DNA of 64,000 nucleotides from Escherichia coli (GTDB lineage Bacteria; Pseudomonadota; Gammaproteobacteria; Enterobacterales; Enterobacteriaceae): NCBI RefSeq assembly GCF_013122565.1, contig NZ_CP053258.1; one strand, 5' to 3'. Shown piece by piece: positions 61,272 to 64,000 of this stretch (position 1 is its first letter; each line of letters starts with the position of its first letter). The notes under the pieces were generated by a model. It saw only the letters and a program-made list of their open reading frames with translations, ran no database searches and was not told where the DNA came from. The position numbers and the translations under genes were made by a program.

Positions 61272-61923
61272 GTTTCAGAATCGGTTAGTGGGCACGATCG
61301 TGCTGGTGGCGCTGGGGGTGATTGTACTTCCAGGGCTGCTGGACGGGCAGAAAAAACATTATCAGGATGAGTTCGCGGCTATCCCGCTGGTGCCGAAAGC
61401 GGGCGATCGTGATGAGCCTGATATGATGCCAGCCGCTACCCAGGCGTTGCCGACGCAACCGCCGGAAGGTGCAGCGGAAGAGGTGCGGGCAGGTGATGCC
61501 GCAGCACCGTCGCTCGATCCGGCCACTATTGCAGCCAATAACACCGAGTTTGAACCGGAACCTGCACCGGTCGTCCCACCGAAGCCGAAACCGGTGGAGC
61601 CGCCTAAGCCGAAGGTTGAAGCACCACCTGCGCCGAAGCCAGAACAGAAGCCGGTCGTGGAAGAAAAAGCAGCGCCAACGGGTAAAGCCTATGTTGTGCA
61701 ACTGGGCGCGCTGAAAAATGCCGATAAAGTGAATGAGATTGTCGGTAAGCTGCGCGGTGCCGGTTATCGGGTTTATACGTCGCCATCCACGCCAGTGCAG
61801 GGTAAAATTACCCGTATTCTGGTTGGGCCGGATGCCTCGAAAGATAAGCTGAAAGGTTCGCTGGGTGAGTTGAAGCAACTTTCTGGCTTAAGTGGTGTGG
61901 TAATGGGCTATACGCCGAATTAA
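61261..61923 (+). CDS. dedD: Cell division protein DedD (SPOR domain)
   Basis: ORF 61243..61923; GTG at 61261 gives (M)ASKFQNRLVGTIVLVALGVIVLPG..., a Pro/Lys-rich linker and C-terminal SPOR domain. Confidence 0.9.
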   Translation: MASKFQNRLVGTIVLVALGVIVLPGLLDGQKKHYQDEFAAIPLVPKAGDRDEPDMMPAATQALPTQPPEGAAEEVRAGDAAAPSLDPATIAANNTEFEPEPAPVVPPKPKPVEPPKPKVEAPPAPKPEQKPVVEEKAAPTGKAYVVQLGALKNADKVNEIVGKLRGAGYRVYTSPSTPVQGKITRILVGPDASKDKLKGSLGELKQLSGLSGVVMGYTPN

Positions 61924-61929
61924 TACGGT

Positions 61930-62020
61930 CTTGCCTGATGCGACGCTGGCGCGTCTTATCAGACCTGTGCAGGGGTAGAACCGTAGGTCGGATAAGGCGT
62001 TTACGCCGCATCCGACACGC
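61930..62020. repeat. REP pair (BIME) downstream of dedD
   Basis: gcctgatgcgacgctggcgcgtcttatcagacc and gtaggtcggataaggcgtttacgccgcatccgac palindromes. Confidence 0.75.
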
Positions 62021-62181
62021 ATTGCACGATGCCGCAAAGGCATAAAAAGTCGATGGCGTTGAATATTTTTTCAGCGCCATTTTTATTGATGCGCGGGAAG
62101 GAAATCCCTACGCAAACGTTTTCTTTTTCTGTTAGAATGCGCCCCGAACAGGATGACAGGGCGTAAAATCGTGGGACACAT

Positions 62182-62670
62182 ATGGTCTGGATTGATTACG
62201 CCATAATCGCGGTGATTGCTTTTTCCTCTCTGGTTAGCCTGATCCGCGGCTTTGTTCGTGAAACGTTATCGCTGGTGACATGGGGGTGTGCTTTCTTTGT
62301 TGCCAGTCATTACTACACTTACCTGTCAGTCTGGTTTACGGGCTTTGAAGACGAACTGGTTCGAAATGGGATTGCCATCGCGGTACTGTTTATCGCTACC
62401 CTGATCGTTGGCGCAATCGTCAACTTCGTGATAGGTCAGCTGGTAGAGAAAACCCATCTGACGGGCACCGATCGGGTGCTGGGCGTCTGTTTCGGTGCGT
62501 TGCGCGGTGTGTTGATTGTTGCCGCCATTCTCTTCTTTCTCGACTCCTTTACCGGGGTGTCGAAAAGCGAAGACTGGAGCAAATCACAGCTGATCCCGCA
62601 GTTCAGTTTTATCATCAGATGGTTTTTTGATTATCTGCAAAGCTCGTCAAGTTTCTTGCCCAGAGCGTAA
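62182..62670 (+). CDS. cvpA: Colicin V production membrane protein CvpA
   Basis: 162-aa membrane ORF MVWIDYAIIAVIAFSSLVSLIRGF... Confidence 0.93.
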   Translation: MVWIDYAIIAVIAFSSLVSLIRGFVRETLSLVTWGCAFFVASHYYTYLSVWFTGFEDELVRNGIAIAVLFIATLIVGAIVNFVIGQLVEKTHLTGTDRVLGVCFGALRGVLIVAAILFFLDSFTGVSKSEDWSKSQLIPQFSFIIRWFFDYLQSSSSFLPRA

Positions 62671-62706
62671 GTGCTCTGAGATGTGGCTTAACGAGGAAAA
62701 AGACGT

Positions 62707-64000
62707 ATGTGCGGTATTGTCGGTATCGCCGGTGTTATGCCGGTTAACCAGTCGATTTATGATGCCTTAACGGTGCTTCAGCATCGCGGTCAGGATGCCG
62801 CCGGCATCATCACCATAGATGCCAATAACTGCTTCCGTTTGCGTAAAGCGAACGGGCTGGTGAGCGATGTATTTGAAGCTCGTCATATGCAGCGTTTGCA
62901 GGGCAATATGGGCATTGGTCATGTGCGTTACCCCACGGCTGGCAGCTCCAGCGCCTCTGAAGCGCAGCCGTTTTACGTTAACTCTCCGTATGGTATTACG
63001 CTTGCCCACAACGGCAATCTGACCAACGCGCATGAGTTACGTAAAAAACTGTTTGAAGAAAAACGCCGCCACATCAACACCACTTCCGACTCGGAAATTC
63101 TGCTTAATATCTTCGCCAGCGAGCTGGACAACTTCCGCCACTACCCGCTGGAAGCCGACAATATTTTCGCTGCCATTGCTGCCACAAACCGCTTAATCCG
63201 CGGCGCGTATGCCTGCGTGGCGATGATTATCGGCCATGGTATGGTTGCTTTCCGCGATCCAAACGGCATTCGTCCGCTGGTGTTGGGGAAACGTGATATT
63301 GACGAGAACCGTACAGAATATATGGTCGCTTCCGAAAGCGTAGCGCTCGATACGCTGGGCTTTGATTTCCTGCGTGACGTCGCGCCGGGCGAAGCGATTT
63401 ACATCACTGAAGAAGGGCAGTTGTTTACCCGTCAATGTGCTGACAATCCGGTCAGCAATCCGTGCCTGTTTGAGTATGTATACTTTGCTCGCCCGGACTC
63501 GTTCATCGACAAAATTTCCGTTTACAGCGCGCGTGTGAATATGGGCACGAAACTGGGCGAGAAAATTGCCCGCGAATGGGAAGATCTGGATATCGATGTG
63601 GTGATCCCGATCCCGGAAACCTCGTGTGATATCGCGCTGGAAATTGCGCGTATTCTGGGCAAACCGTACCGCCAGGGCTTCGTTAAAAACCGCTATGTTG
63701 GCCGCACCTTCATCATGCCGGGTCAGCAGCTGCGTCGTAAGTCCGTGCGCCGTAAACTGAACGCCAACCGCGCCGAGTTCCGCGATAAAAACGTCCTGCT
63801 GGTCGACGACTCCATCGTCCGTGGCACCACTTCTGAGCAGATTATCGAGATGGCACGCGAAGCCGGAGCGAAGAAAGTGTACCTCGCTTCTGCGGCACCG
63901 GAAATTCGCTTCCCGAACGTTTATGGTATTGATATGCCGAGCGCCACGGAGCTTATCGCCCACGGTCGTGAAGTGGATGAAATTCGCCAGATCATCGGTG
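62707..64000 (+). CDS. purF: Amidophosphoribosyltransferase PurF, 5' part; gene continues past the window end
   Basis: Open frame from ATG at 62707 ([33 protein letters not shown]...) to the window edge; Ntn-hydrolase Cys2. Confidence 0.92.

Noticed and set aside
61285-61878. 197-aa minus-strand ORF
   Set aside because: Antisense to dedD; Arg-rich shadow of the Pro/Lys-rich linker coding region.
63193-63963. 256-aa minus-strand ORF
   Set aside because: Antisense to purF; Arg-rich composition typical of frame shadows in a GC-rich gene.

Overview
This window is an Escherichia coli-type chromosomal segment, co-linear with the K-12 region from ypdC to purF but presented in reverse orientation. 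Gene identities come from reading the translated ORFs and recalling known E. coli proteins and their order; no database search was run. Nearly every long ORF is a recognisable core gene: ypdAB two-component system, alaC, lpxP, the EvgAS-regulated yfdX-frc-oxc-yfdV-yfdE oxalate/acid-resistance cluster, evgSA, emrKY, dsdAXC, argW tRNA, yfdC, mlaA, yfdF, fadL, fadIJ, sixA, the yfc chaperone-usher fimbrial operon, smrB, prmB, aroC, mepA, yfcA, epmC, yfcL, mnmC, fabB, yfcJ, flk, pdxB, usg, truA, dedA, accD, folC, dedD, cvpA and the start of purF. The one clearly accessory element, and the most interesting feature, is a 1.28 kb IS110-family (IS621-like) insertion at 47804..49079 in a REP pair between yfcL and mnmC. 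Its 177-nt upstream non-coding region has the hallmarks of a bridge (guide) RNA: one internal segment repeats the flanking target sequence and another repeats the element's own right end. Other differences from what I recall of K-12 are an unoccupied argW site (no prophage), an apparently intact fimbrial usher, and a longer yfdF carrying an in-frame hexanucleotide microsatellite. No CRISPR array, rRNA or prophage was seen.
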